This document shows, one piece after another, positions 27,928 to 36,881 of a DNA stretch of 64,000 nucleotides. The position numbers were made by a program, and so were the translations under genes. A model generated the notes under the pieces. That model made no database searches and was not told the DNA's origin. It worked only from the letters and a program-made list of their open reading frames with translations. This stretch comes from a virus. Location of the stretch: positions 1-64,000 of IMG/VR virus record IMGVR_UViG_3300048914_000176; one strand, 5' to 3'. How positions within the stretch are numbered: the stretch's first letter is position 1; each line of letters begins with the position of its first letter.

Positions 27928-28266
27928 ATGTCTGGTAATAAGATGACGATTGCTAAGATCAAGAAACTGAATCGTTCGATTGAAGTTCCAGTGCCGGTGG
28001 CGACTAGTCGAAATTTGTCAGTGGCAGATCATGGCAAGATTTTGGATGTCACCGCGGCGCTAACTTTGACGCTTCCGCAGGATATGCCAGTTGGCTTTAG
28101 ATGTGCCTTTATTGCTCCATCGGGTGTCAACCTAACTATTGCTCGAGCAGGTACAATGACCTTGAATGGTGCAGGTACGAGCCTAACCCGTGCTCGCGCA
28201 GGTAATCCAGCATTGGTTGATTTGGTTGTTCGTGCTGCTAACACTGCTCTCGTCAGTGGCGCGTAA
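27928..28266 (+). CDS. hypothetical protein
   Basis: ATG with SD GAGGTGGG. 113 aa. Confidence 0.4.
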   Translation: MSGNKMTIAKIKKLNRSIEVPVPVATSRNLSVADHGKILDVTAALTLTLPQDMPVGFRCAFIAPSGVNLTIARAGTMTLNGAGTSLTRARAGNPALVDLVVRAANTALVSGA

Positions 28267-28294
28267 GCAACAAGTGTTGGTGCATGCCAACATA

Positions 28295-28345
28295 GGCGAG
28301 GTTCCAGAAATGGGCCTCGCCTTTTCTTTTAGCTTAATGTAATCT
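28295..28345 (+). terminator. conserved late-block motif, copy 3: hairpin GGCGAGGTTCCAGAAATGGGCCTCGCC + TTTTCTTTT + TAGCTTAATGTAATCT
   Basis: Stem GGCGAGG/CCTCGCC followed by T4CT4, a plausible intrinsic terminator. Same sequence family as the copy at 27814. Confidence 0.5.
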
Positions 28346-28374
28346 CAACACACCTTAATACTAGTGAGTTTGCT

Positions 28375-28680
28375 ATGAGCACTGAAACCCCTGATCAAGC
28401 TGCCGTAAGACTAAAGTGTGATGCGCCGAGAGTTAGTCAAGCTGACTTAGAAGCCAACATCATTCATGAAGAGATTGTTAAGCATGTGACACACAGCGGA
28501 CAGGTGTTACGTTGGTGCATACTCACAACTCGTAGTGGTTTTGCAGTGACAGGTGAACCGTCAGCTTCGGTTAGCAAAGAGAATGATCGAGCTGAACTAG
28601 GTGAAAAGTACGCTCGCGAAAATGCAGTTAAGAAACTCTGGCCTTTGATGGCTTATGCTCTGAAGGAAAAATTGTCATGA
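28375..28680 (+). CDS. hypothetical protein
   Basis: 101 aa. Confidence 0.4.
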   Translation: MSTETPDQAAVRLKCDAPRVSQADLEANIIHEEIVKHVTHSGQVLRWCILTTRSGFAVTGEPSASVSKENDRAELGEKYARENAVKKLWPLMAYALKEKLS

Positions 28681-28925
28681 ATTTAAAACAGTTGGCTTTC
28701 GTTGAGCTGTTGGCTAAATGGGCCAAAGGTAATTTGGTTGATGCAAGTTATGCCGTAATTGGTAAAGAACTTGGTGTCACTCCAGTAGCTGCTTTCCTTC
28801 GAACTAAAACTTTGGAGAAACATGGATGGGTGAAGAGAAAAGAAGGTAAGTTATATTTACATCCAAAGTTTACGAAAGGTAATCAGGAGGAATGGGATGC
28901 TATCGCACCAACAGCTCAGGAATGA
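28677..28925 (+). CDS. hypothetical protein, possible winged-helix DNA-binding
   Basis: LAKWAKGNLVDASYAVIGKELGVTPVAAFLRTKTLEKHGWV is HTH-like. Confidence 0.3.
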   Translation: MNLKQLAFVELLAKWAKGNLVDASYAVIGKELGVTPVAAFLRTKTLEKHGWVKRKEGKLYLHPKFTKGNQEEWDAIAPTAQE

Positions 28926-29148
28926 GGGATATACACACAAGGGTTGGTTCGGGATTTGCCCAGTGTATCTGGGCGATCTCGATCAAGAATATTGCGTAAA
29001 AGTAGCTCCACGATGGTGGGCAGTTGTGCCTTTGTTTACTCTTAGTGAATGGTGGCAAGGTGCGATTATTTATATTCGCACTTGGGCATATCCAGAATAC
29101 ATCCCTTCATGGGAATTCAAATTGACGGGTGAGCTTGATGGTCAGTAA
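28897..29148 (+). CDS. hypothetical protein
   Basis: 83 aa, Trp-rich. Confidence 0.3.
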   Translation: MLSHQQLRNEGYTHKGWFGICPVYLGDLDQEYCVKVAPRWWAVVPLFTLSEWWQGAIIYIRTWAYPEYIPSWEFKLTGELDGQ

Positions 29149-29833
29149 TGAACAACTGGTGTTGGCTCTCGGTAGTAAGCGTAGTTGGGCAACGGATGAT
29201 TTGCTCAATACGCTCAACAGCATTGATATGGATGGTGCTGATTTTGTCCGAGAGAACTGGCTTACTCATTCTGCAGTGTTGAGAGAAGGAAACCATACGC
29301 TTGATAGCTATACCACCGCGGTAAAGTATGTAAGCTTGAAGCAGATGGGGCACACCAACCAATCGGCTTACAGCATTGCTTTGGCTGATCGCTATCAGCG
29401 TATGGTTGCTGAAGGAATGGATGAAAAGCGGATGAGTTCCAACATCGCCGCTTATCATAAAGGTGCTTTGGTTCAGCGGATTCTGTCTCAGAGCACCATT
29501 CCTTTGTACATGCTGTATCAGGATGAAGCACACAAAGCTATCAAGACATTGGTTCAAATCATGACTGAGCCAGATGCCAGCTTCAAAACAAGAGCAGAGG
29601 CAGCAGACAAACTACTCACTCACATTAAGCGACCAGAAGCTGCAAAGATCGAATTGGATGTGACGCATAAACAAGCAGATGGAATGCAAGAGCTTCAGGT
29701 AATGATGCGTGAAGTTGCTGCAAGACAGCTTAATGCAATTGCCAATGGCGGTAATGTAAGAGATGTTGCTAACCTACCATTGAATCAAAGAGAACCTTTG
29801 TTAATTGATGTAACGCCAAACGAAGAGGCTTGA
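29129..29833 (+). CDS. hypothetical protein
   Basis: 234 aa. Confidence 0.4.
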   Translation: MSLMVSNEQLVLALGSKRSWATDDLLNTLNSIDMDGADFVRENWLTHSAVLREGNHTLDSYTTAVKYVSLKQMGHTNQSAYSIALADRYQRMVAEGMDEKRMSSNIAAYHKGALVQRILSQSTIPLYMLYQDEAHKAIKTLVQIMTEPDASFKTRAEAADKLLTHIKRPEAAKIELDVTHKQADGMQELQVMMREVAARQLNAIANGGNVRDVANLPLNQREPLLIDVTPNEEA

Positions 29834-29834
29834 T

Positions 29835-30020
29835 ATGAACATGATTCTAAAGTACCACCTCACTGAAATGCTTACGGGTATTTCGGGGACAATCGGCGCA
29901 CTTGCCGTAGGTGGCGTTGTTTCATCGGAAACTGCAGCTAAGCTTACTGTGGTTGTGGCGATTCTTGGCGTTTGGCGAGGGATTATCGAATCCGTTGCGA
30001 AAGAAGACCGTACCCCATGA
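29835..30020 (+). CDS. small membrane protein
   Basis: 61 aa with TM GTIGALAVGGVV...LTVVVAILGVW. Confidence 0.3.
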   Translation: MNMILKYHLTEMLTGISGTIGALAVGGVVSSETAAKLTVVVAILGVWRGIIESVAKEDRTP

Positions 30021-30101
30021 TTATCTGGTGTACGGTTTACGCCAAGCTCACCCCCGTGTTAGTTTTGACTACTGTTCCATTTGCTTTGTGGGTTTACCTC
30101 A

Positions 30102-31124
30102 ATGCTTAATCGTCGCAAATTTTTGCATGGCGTTGGTGCTGCAGGTTTGTCGTTGCCTTTGGCAGCTACTGCCGGCCTGATTACACAGTCGGGTTCACGT
30201 TTCTTTGGCACTGTTCCTCCGCCGTCAGGAGGTAGTGGTCCTGCACTCGGACATGCAGGTGTGAATTTGTCTGCAGGCAGCAATCCACCGGCTACTGCAA
30301 GCACGATTATTATCGATTCGCGTATGAATCCGTCCACGTATACGAATGCGATCCGGCTACAAACATTCGGGACGATTGTTCGTATGCCAACTGCTACCTA
30401 TCGTGCGGGCGAAGGCTACTATGGACAAGGTTGCTTACGTCTTGTGCCAGGTAATCTTGATCAAGGTGGTCCTGCTGAGCATTGGTGTGGTATTGGGCAA
30501 ATTGTGAATTTGGATGCAGTTGCACCTGGTGGTGCAAACACAGCATTCACTATCGGTGCTCTTGTTAAATTTGGCTCGAGTTGGTGGACCACAGGACAAT
30601 TGGGCAAGTCAATTATTGTTAATCGTCATAACGCCACTCGACTTGAATCAACTGCACCGCAAGGCGATAACACTCGACCTATGCTCATGCCCCGCGGTAC
30701 TGTAGAAACCACACATGGTCCATGTGACGGTACGATTGGTAACTACAGCACTGATCCAAACGACACCGATGGATTTAATGAAGGTGCAAAATTAGGTGTT
30801 GATCAACGCACCCATACAGGTATCTGGCAGTGGATTCAACTTGAAGTAAACCTGCTGTCACCGGGTAGTCCAGTTGGACCTGGACAATCTCGTTGTAAAG
30901 TTTGGACCGAAACAGGTGATTATGCTGGCTCACCTACTTTGGCTAAACATTTACGTGAATCTCAAGGTGGTTCATGTGACGTTATTGACGGTATGTGGGG
31001 TTGGTGTGGATCATTCGCTTCGATTGATTCCAACTACTACATGGATTTGGAATACTTAGAAATTCGCGTTGGTCAGGATACTGGCTTGACGCCTCCAACC
31101 GGCTTTCCAGGCTCTGCACGGTGA
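30102..31124 (+). CDS. putative secreted protein with twin-arginine (Tat) signal peptide; beta-rich domain of unknown function
   Basis: MLNRRKFLHGVGAAGLSLPLAATAGL matches the Tat consensus (RRxFL, h-region, AxA-like). The ORF table starts it at 30081. Confidence 0.45.
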   Translation: MLNRRKFLHGVGAAGLSLPLAATAGLITQSGSRFFGTVPPPSGGSGPALGHAGVNLSAGSNPPATASTIIIDSRMNPSTYTNAIRLQTFGTIVRMPTATYRAGEGYYGQGCLRLVPGNLDQGGPAEHWCGIGQIVNLDAVAPGGANTAFTIGALVKFGSSWWTTGQLGKSIIVNRHNATRLESTAPQGDNTRPMLMPRGTVETTHGPCDGTIGNYSTDPNDTDGFNEGAKLGVDQRTHTGIWQWIQLEVNLLSPGSPVGPGQSRCKVWTETGDYAGSPTLAKHLRESQGGSCDVIDGMWGWCGSFASIDSNYYMDLEYLEIRVGQDTGLTPPTGFPGSAR

Positions 31125-31127
31125 ACC

Positions 31128-31859
31128 ATGCGTAAAATATTTGGCTTACTTCTAACTCTCTTTGCTCTGCCATCACTGGCGGATATTGCGTTCACTGTTG
31201 CCGCCACACCTCAAGGTAATGGCGGTAATACAACGTTATCTACAACTATCAATCCAACAGGCTCTAATCGAGCTGTGTTAATTGCAGTGTATGGTGATGG
31301 GCAAACTGTCGCTCCCACTGTTACTTATGGTGGTTTAACACCTACACTAGTACAAACTGGACTTGGATCTGGAGTGGCAGTGTTATGGGTGTATCAAATA
31401 CTTCCTGCTAGTACAGGTTCACAAACAATTGATGTCACGTTTGCAGCTACTTCGCCACGTAATGCTTTGGCTGCTATTGCTTATAGTGGTGTTGATCAAA
31501 CCACCCCAATTGGTACAGCTATCACTTTAACTGATGCAAGTCCAGGAACTACACATACAATTACACCAACAACAGTTGTAGGACAAACAGTAGTAGATAT
31601 TCAAATGGCTCCTACTACTAACTTAACTGTAGATGGCACGCAAACTGCCCGTGTCGATTTTGATGATTTGGCTGGTACCTTCCGATCACTTGGTATGTCG
31701 GATAAATTGGCCACAACTACGAGTACGGCGATGACTTGGACGAGTGCAGATAGTGGTCGTTCAACCATGATAGCCGTACCTTTGAATGCTGCCACGGGTG
31801 GCGGCGCCTCTGCTGTACCTGTAATCTATCAACACCTTCGTAACAACGGGAAACGCTAA
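31128..31859 (+). CDS. putative secreted protein (Sec signal peptide), Thr/Gly/Ala-rich beta-repeat protein
   Basis: MRKIFGLLLTLFALPSLA / DIAF, followed by a T/G/A/V-rich domain. Confidence 0.45.
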   Translation: MRKIFGLLLTLFALPSLADIAFTVAATPQGNGGNTTLSTTINPTGSNRAVLIAVYGDGQTVAPTVTYGGLTPTLVQTGLGSGVAVLWVYQILPASTGSQTIDVTFAATSPRNALAAIAYSGVDQTTPIGTAITLTDASPGTTHTITPTTVVGQTVVDIQMAPTTNLTVDGTQTARVDFDDLAGTFRSLGMSDKLATTTSTAMTWTSADSGRSTMIAVPLNAATGGGASAVPVIYQHLRNNGKR

Positions 31860-33754
31860 TGAAGACTCGTGCCTTATTCCTCTTGCTTGTCTCTGTACTG
31901 ACGTACATTGGCGGTATGCCCGCGCAAGCGGCCTTAATTGTTGCACAAAACACTTCACCCGTAATCAAAATCGGCCCGTTCGTCGATTCGACCGGGGCGT
32001 TGCAAACCGGGTTGACGATTAACGCAACGGATGTGCGACTGTCTAAAAATGGTGCAACTGGTTCAGCTAAAAATAGCGGTGCCTGTACGCATGATTCCAA
32101 CTTTTCTGGTTACTACACCTGTACGTTCAACACTGTAGATACAGCAACAGTTGGTCCGCTTCAGATTTCTGTGGCTGTATCTGGAGCTCTGCCTGTTTAT
32201 GAAGAACTACAGGTTCTGTCTGGCAATGCTTATAACGCACTCTACAGTTCTACTGCAGATAGCTTGCCAGCAATCGGTGGCGCTGTTCCTAAATTAGGCA
32301 TCACTGATTCAGGCACTGCACAGTCAGTTACTAGCACTACTATTCAATTAGCATCAGCTGCAACCTTTGGTGATAGCACTCCAGTTGGTCAAACTGTCTT
32401 GGCCTGCAGCAGCACTCTTGGTTACTGCCAAGCTGGTGTGATTGGTTCATATGTTGGCAGCACTGATACAGCTACCTTAGCAAACAGTGCAACTTGGCCT
32501 GTCACTCCTACTGGTACGATCACCTACTACATGTTTGGTACAGCTCCTGCCTCTGGTTCTGGCGGAAGTTTGACTGCTGGAGATGTGTGGGCATACAGCG
32601 GTGGTCGAACTGTTACGGGTGTTTCTGGCAGTGTTACTGGCTCTGTCGCAAGTGTTACAGGTGCAGTTGGTAGTGTGACTGGTAACGTTGGTGGCAATGT
32701 CACCGGTTCCGTTGGAAGTATTGCTACAGGTGGTATCACTGCAGCTTCTATTGCTACTGATGCAATCACTTCTGCAAAGATTGCGAACGATGCAATTGGT
32801 GCAACTGAAATTGCAGACGGTGCTATCGATGCTGCAACGTTTGCTTCTGGAGCCATTACGGCAGCAGCTATTGCAACGGACGCTATTGGTGCAGCTGAAC
32901 TAGCATCTGATGCCGGTACTGAGATCGGTACTGCTACTTGGGCAACTACCACTCGTGCACTTACTGCATCGATTGACCCAACTGCAGCAGGTATTGCTGA
33001 TGCGGTTTGGGATGAATTGATGAGCGGTCATGTTATATCTGGGTCTGCTGGTGCTCAACTCACTTCAGCTTCTGCAGGTGGTGGCGGTGGATTAGATGCA
33101 TCTGGTGTTCGAGCAGCGATTGGTTTGGCCTCAGCTAACTTAGACACTCAGCTTGCGGCACGAAGTGCATCGTTGGTTGCCGACGCCGTGTGGGATGAAG
33201 CTCGTACTGGCCATACCACTGCTGGAACGTTTGGTAACTACTTGGATGCATCTATCTCTGGTGTTTCTACCGGTGGTGTCTCGGCTAGTGCCATCGCAGA
33301 TGCTGTTTGGGATGAGGCATTAAGCGGTCATGCTACAGCTGGTAGTGCTGGTGCTGGTCTTACCGCGGCATCGTCTGGTAGTGGTGGTTCGTCCGATTGG
33401 ACAGTGGATGAAAAGACGGCAATTCGTGCCATCCTTGGTATCCCGTCCAGTGGCACCACTCCAAATACGCCGAGCAGCGGTGTGCTCAACACAATCAATG
33501 TCAAAGTTGATGACCTGCCGACAAATGCCGAAATGGTTAACTTGGTCCGATCCATTGTGGTTGAAGATCAAGGTGCAACTGCCAGTGTTGGATGTGTGAA
33601 TGCCGTAGCCCTTGCTGTTCTTGCTGGCCGTGCTAGTGTCTCTGGTAATACAGTGACCTATCGTGATCCTAGCAACAACGAGATTCGTGCTGTAATTCAG
33701 CATGATCAGCTGGGTAATCGTACGGCGTCCTCCATCACTTGTCCGACGTACTAA
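31859..33754 (+). CDS. tail-fibre-like protein with Sec-signal-like N-terminus and three ADAVWDE repeats
   Basis: MKTRALFLLLVSVLTYIGGMPAQA / ALIV. Repeats ...IADAVWDELMSGH.., ..VADAVWDEARTGH.., ..IADAVWDEALSGH... Start overlaps the upstream stop (TAATG). Confidence 0.5.
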   Translation: MKTRALFLLLVSVLTYIGGMPAQAALIVAQNTSPVIKIGPFVDSTGALQTGLTINATDVRLSKNGATGSAKNSGACTHDSNFSGYYTCTFNTVDTATVGPLQISVAVSGALPVYEELQVLSGNAYNALYSSTADSLPAIGGAVPKLGITDSGTAQSVTSTTIQLASAATFGDSTPVGQTVLACSSTLGYCQAGVIGSYVGSTDTATLANSATWPVTPTGTITYYMFGTAPASGSGGSLTAGDVWAYSGGRTVTGVSGSVTGSVASVTGAVGSVTGNVGGNVTGSVGSIATGGITAASIATDAITSAKIANDAIGATEIADGAIDAATFASGAITAAAIATDAIGAAELASDAGTEIGTATWATTTRALTASIDPTAAGIADAVWDELMSGHVISGSAGAQLTSASAGGGGGLDASGVRAAIGLASANLDTQLAARSASLVADAVWDEARTGHTTAGTFGNYLDASISGVSTGGVSASAIADAVWDEALSGHATAGSAGAGLTAASSGSGGSSDWTVDEKTAIRAILGIPSSGTTPNTPSSGVLNTINVKVDDLPTNAEMVNLVRSIVVEDQGATASVGCVNAVALAVLAGRASVSGNTVTYRDPSNNEIRAVIQHDQLGNRTASSITCPTY

Positions 33755-33755
33755 T

Positions 33756-34544
33756 ATGGCAACCTTTCCAGTTGGGTATTATCCGCCTGGCTTCTTCTCC
33801 CCCGGATATTTTTCCGGGGGAGTTGAAGAAGATCCAATAATTCCAGATCCTAACGGGAGTGGTAGTCACTTTCCTGCTGGCTTTTTTCCTGAAGGGATGT
33901 TTCCTGTTGGCTTCTTCCCTGGCGGTGTTCAGTCAGTAGTTGGATTTAGTTTGGCTGAGTTCTTAACAAACCTGTACAACGATGAGTTGTCAGATTTGTA
34001 TATCGGTAATCAAAATTATCCTGAAGAAGCTCGTCCAAAATTGCTTCCAATCATCAATACAGCAATGCTTCAGGCATATGCCAAGTATCGAGTGATTGTT
34101 GCCATAGAAGCAGTGGAGTTGACGAGAGGTGTGGTTGTTTATTCACTTCAAGCTGAGAACGTCTTAGCTGTTTTGGATGTGACAAACAGCTACGGTCGAA
34201 GTTTAGCAACTGATGAAGTACGAATCCTTGGTACCAGTCTTACTTTCCCATGTCCGAGAGAGACAACGGTGCATGTGGAATATAAGTTGAAGCCAACTAA
34301 GTTTGTTGAGGATCAAAACGATGAGGAAGTGGGATTGATTCTTCCAACTCTATTGGTTCCTTGGTTGAGTAGTTGGGTTGCTCATCGGGTATATCGAGCT
34401 CGTAAAGATGAAGGTAGTTTGGCTAAAGCAGCTGAATTACTGACAGCAGCTAACGAATACGAGATGATTTACCAACAAACAAACACGACGAATGAATTTA
34501 CGTCATGTGGTAATAACAGTTTCTGTGCCAAGGGGTTTGTGTAA
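33756..34544 (+). CDS. hypothetical virion protein with N-terminal FFPxG peptide repeats
   Basis: MATFPVGYYPPGFFSPGYFSGG...FPAGFFPEGMFPVGFFPGG. Start taken just after the upstream stop. Confidence 0.4.
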   Translation: MATFPVGYYPPGFFSPGYFSGGVEEDPIIPDPNGSGSHFPAGFFPEGMFPVGFFPGGVQSVVGFSLAEFLTNLYNDELSDLYIGNQNYPEEARPKLLPIINTAMLQAYAKYRVIVAIEAVELTRGVVVYSLQAENVLAVLDVTNSYGRSLATDEVRILGTSLTFPCPRETTVHVEYKLKPTKFVEDQNDEEVGLILPTLLVPWLSSWVAHRVYRARKDEGSLAKAAELLTAANEYEMIYQQTNTTNEFTSCGNNSFCAKGFV

Positions 34545-34966
34545 TGGTCCCTCTACAGATCCGATTTGATGGCCAACCCAATGAAAATGGTGCGGCCATC
34601 CTTCGCTTTCCAAAGCTGAACGAGGGTGCTCCTTACTCGTTTGGCTTACGTGTTCGTTTTGAAAATGAAACCTACCGTCAATGGGATGCACCTAACATTC
34701 GTTGGCGTATCAAACTACGTCCTGGCGATAGACATGAATTGATGACCTTAACCAAAGCCAACGGTAATTTTACAGTTGAAGGTGACAGGCTAAATTTTAT
34801 TATCAAAGCTGCTGATTGGCAGGGTGTGAAAATTCCAAAGAGCACTAACCATCTTGAGATGGATTATCCCTTTGCTCACGTCGTAGAATTCCTGAATACT
34901 CAGGGTGAAGTTATTGAGCGATTTGCTCAAGGCAGTGGTTTCATTACCTCTGATCTGGAATTCTAA
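34544..34966 (+). CDS. hypothetical protein
   Basis: 140 aa, coupled to neighbours. Confidence 0.4.
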   Translation: MVPLQIRFDGQPNENGAAILRFPKLNEGAPYSFGLRVRFENETYRQWDAPNIRWRIKLRPGDRHELMTLTKANGNFTVEGDRLNFIIKAADWQGVKIPKSTNHLEMDYPFAHVVEFLNTQGEVIERFAQGSGFITSDLEF

Positions 34967-36516
34967 TGTCGAATATCATTCTTTTCGACGAAGAACAAAA
35001 TATCGTCGAGATTCAATATGAAGGCGTTAATGCTCAGCTTTTAGCTGAGCTAGATGTGCGTTTAACAGATTTAGAAAGTCAGACTGCTATTGATTACTAT
35101 TTACTAAATCTTGAATTAAATGCACTGCAAACTACAGTTCATAATTTAGCTCTATTACTTCAGCAAAATTACGACGATATTCAAAAAGAAATTCACGATA
35201 GAGAAGATGCAGATAATCAATACGCAGAAGCTTTTGCATTACAAATTATTGCAGCTCAACAAGCTGCAGCTGATGCTATTCAAAACGAAGCTAACACTCG
35301 TGCTGCTGCTCTACTTGCTGAAGCTGCCGCCCGCGGTAGTGCTATTAGCACTCTTGAAACACAATTCAATACAGATATCAGCTCTCTAGCTTCAACTGTT
35401 GCAGGTATAGCAACTAATGTTGCTGGTAATACTGCATCCATTATTACAATTAACGATGCTTTATCTACTGAGACTGAAACTAGGGCCGCACAAATTGTAG
35501 CAATTCAAGCTGACTTTGAAACTGCAAGCGCAGCTGTACTTGAAGAAAGTGTTGCTCGAGCAGATGCCGATGAAGCGTTGTCTTCACGACTTGAAATTGT
35601 TGAAGTTGACTTTGATGGCGTATACGCAGCTATCAGTGCTGAAGCTACTGCTCGTGCATCTGCCGATAGTGCTCAATCTTCATTAATCACAGCTGCAACC
35701 GCTACAGCTAATGGTGCTGCAACTGCTGTAGTTACTGAACAAAGTGCTCGTATTGCGGCCGATGGATCTATCGAAGCTAAGTACACAATTAAAATCGATG
35801 TAAACGGTTCTGTTAGTGGCTATGGCTTGATTTCTACAAATAACGGTGCAGCACCTTCAAGTGAGTTTGTTGTTAGCGCCGGCGCATTCAAGGTGTTCAA
35901 CGGCAGCACTGGTATTGCTCCGTTCAGCGTTTCAGGCGGCGTTACCTATCTTGATAATCTGGTAGTTCGATCAACTGTTCGTCAAGGCCAGACAGCTTTT
36001 GATACGGGTGCTGGATTTTGGTTAGGAGATAATGCCGGTACTCCAATGTTTTCTATTGGTAATTCTGGCGCAAATAAACTTACATGGGATGGATCACACT
36101 TAAATGTTGTCGGTGCAATCAATATCACTAATTCTGCAAATTCATTTACACCAAATTGGTCAGGATTTTCAGTAGCACCTACAGGTAATTTGTCATATCT
36201 AGATCTTGGTGCTGTTGTCATTCTGTGGGCAGAAAATTCAATCACGGGTACCTCAGATAGTGCTTCTATGAGTTTTACGGGTTTACCACTATCTATTCGC
36301 CCAAGTGGTGTTCGTAGCTTTGCCTCTCTAGTTATTGATAACGGAGGTGTTGTTTCAGGAGGTGGATTTATACAATTTGGTGGTGTTGTAGTTTTTCACA
36401 GAGTAACTGCTGCAGGACCATCACAACCTTACGGCGTTGGCCCTAATGCTATTGCATTCAGTACAGTTGGAAGTAAAGGCTTAGGAAGTGGATGGCTTGT
36501 TATTTACCCCAAATGA
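34966..36516 (+). CDS. tail fibre protein
   Basis: Ala-rich periodic segment (ETRAAQIVAIQADFETASAAVLEESVARADADEALSSRLEIVE), then Gly/Ser/Asn-rich beta domain (AKYTIKIDVNGSVSGYGLIST...). Confidence 0.6.
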   Translation: MSNIILFDEEQNIVEIQYEGVNAQLLAELDVRLTDLESQTAIDYYLLNLELNALQTTVHNLALLLQQNYDDIQKEIHDREDADNQYAEAFALQIIAAQQAAADAIQNEANTRAAALLAEAAARGSAISTLETQFNTDISSLASTVAGIATNVAGNTASIITINDALSTETETRAAQIVAIQADFETASAAVLEESVARADADEALSSRLEIVEVDFDGVYAAISAEATARASADSAQSSLITAATATANGAATAVVTEQSARIAADGSIEAKYTIKIDVNGSVSGYGLISTNNGAAPSSEFVVSAGAFKVFNGSTGIAPFSVSGGVTYLDNLVVRSTVRQGQTAFDTGAGFWLGDNAGTPMFSIGNSGANKLTWDGSHLNVVGAINITNSANSFTPNWSGFSVAPTGNLSYLDLGAVVILWAENSITGTSDSASMSFTGLPLSIRPSGVRSFASLVIDNGGVVSGGGFIQFGGVVVFHRVTAAGPSQPYGVGPNAIAFSTVGSKGLGSGWLVIYPK

Positions 36517-36530
36517 TTTGGTAATCAACT

Positions 36531-36869
36531 ATGACTATTTATAAAACTTATGAAAATTCTCGTGGATTGATTGCTAGTTATCATCGAGTGATGCAGCTAG
36601 TAATTACTGCAGATTGGATTGCAGCTACAATCCACAGTTGGCCAGCAAGAATCTATGACGAAGCTAAAGGCAACCTACCTATGTCTTCAATTATTGAAAC
36701 TCTTACTGTACCGGCTACTGCATTGAGTACTGATCCTTTAATATCTGTACAACAGTGGTTAATCGACACTGAAACTAGCCCGCTGTTCGGTGGAGTGATG
36801 ATTAACGATCCAGTTGCTCCAGCTAAAGAAGACTTGATCGAATCGACTGAAAATGAAAAGTCTATTTAA
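36531..36869 (+). CDS. hypothetical protein
   Basis: 112 aa, upstream of the terminase. Confidence 0.35.
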   Translation: MTIYKTYENSRGLIASYHRVMQLVITADWIAATIHSWPARIYDEAKGNLPMSSIIETLTVPATALSTDPLISVQQWLIDTETSPLFGGVMINDPVAPAKEDLIESTENEKSI

Positions 36870-36881
36870 GCGCAGAGCATC

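Noticed and set aside
32527-32952. 141-aa Ala/Val-rich antisense ORF
   Set aside because: It is the reverse complement of the Ala/Gly-rich repeat region of the 31859..33754 fibre; low complexity creates the open frame.
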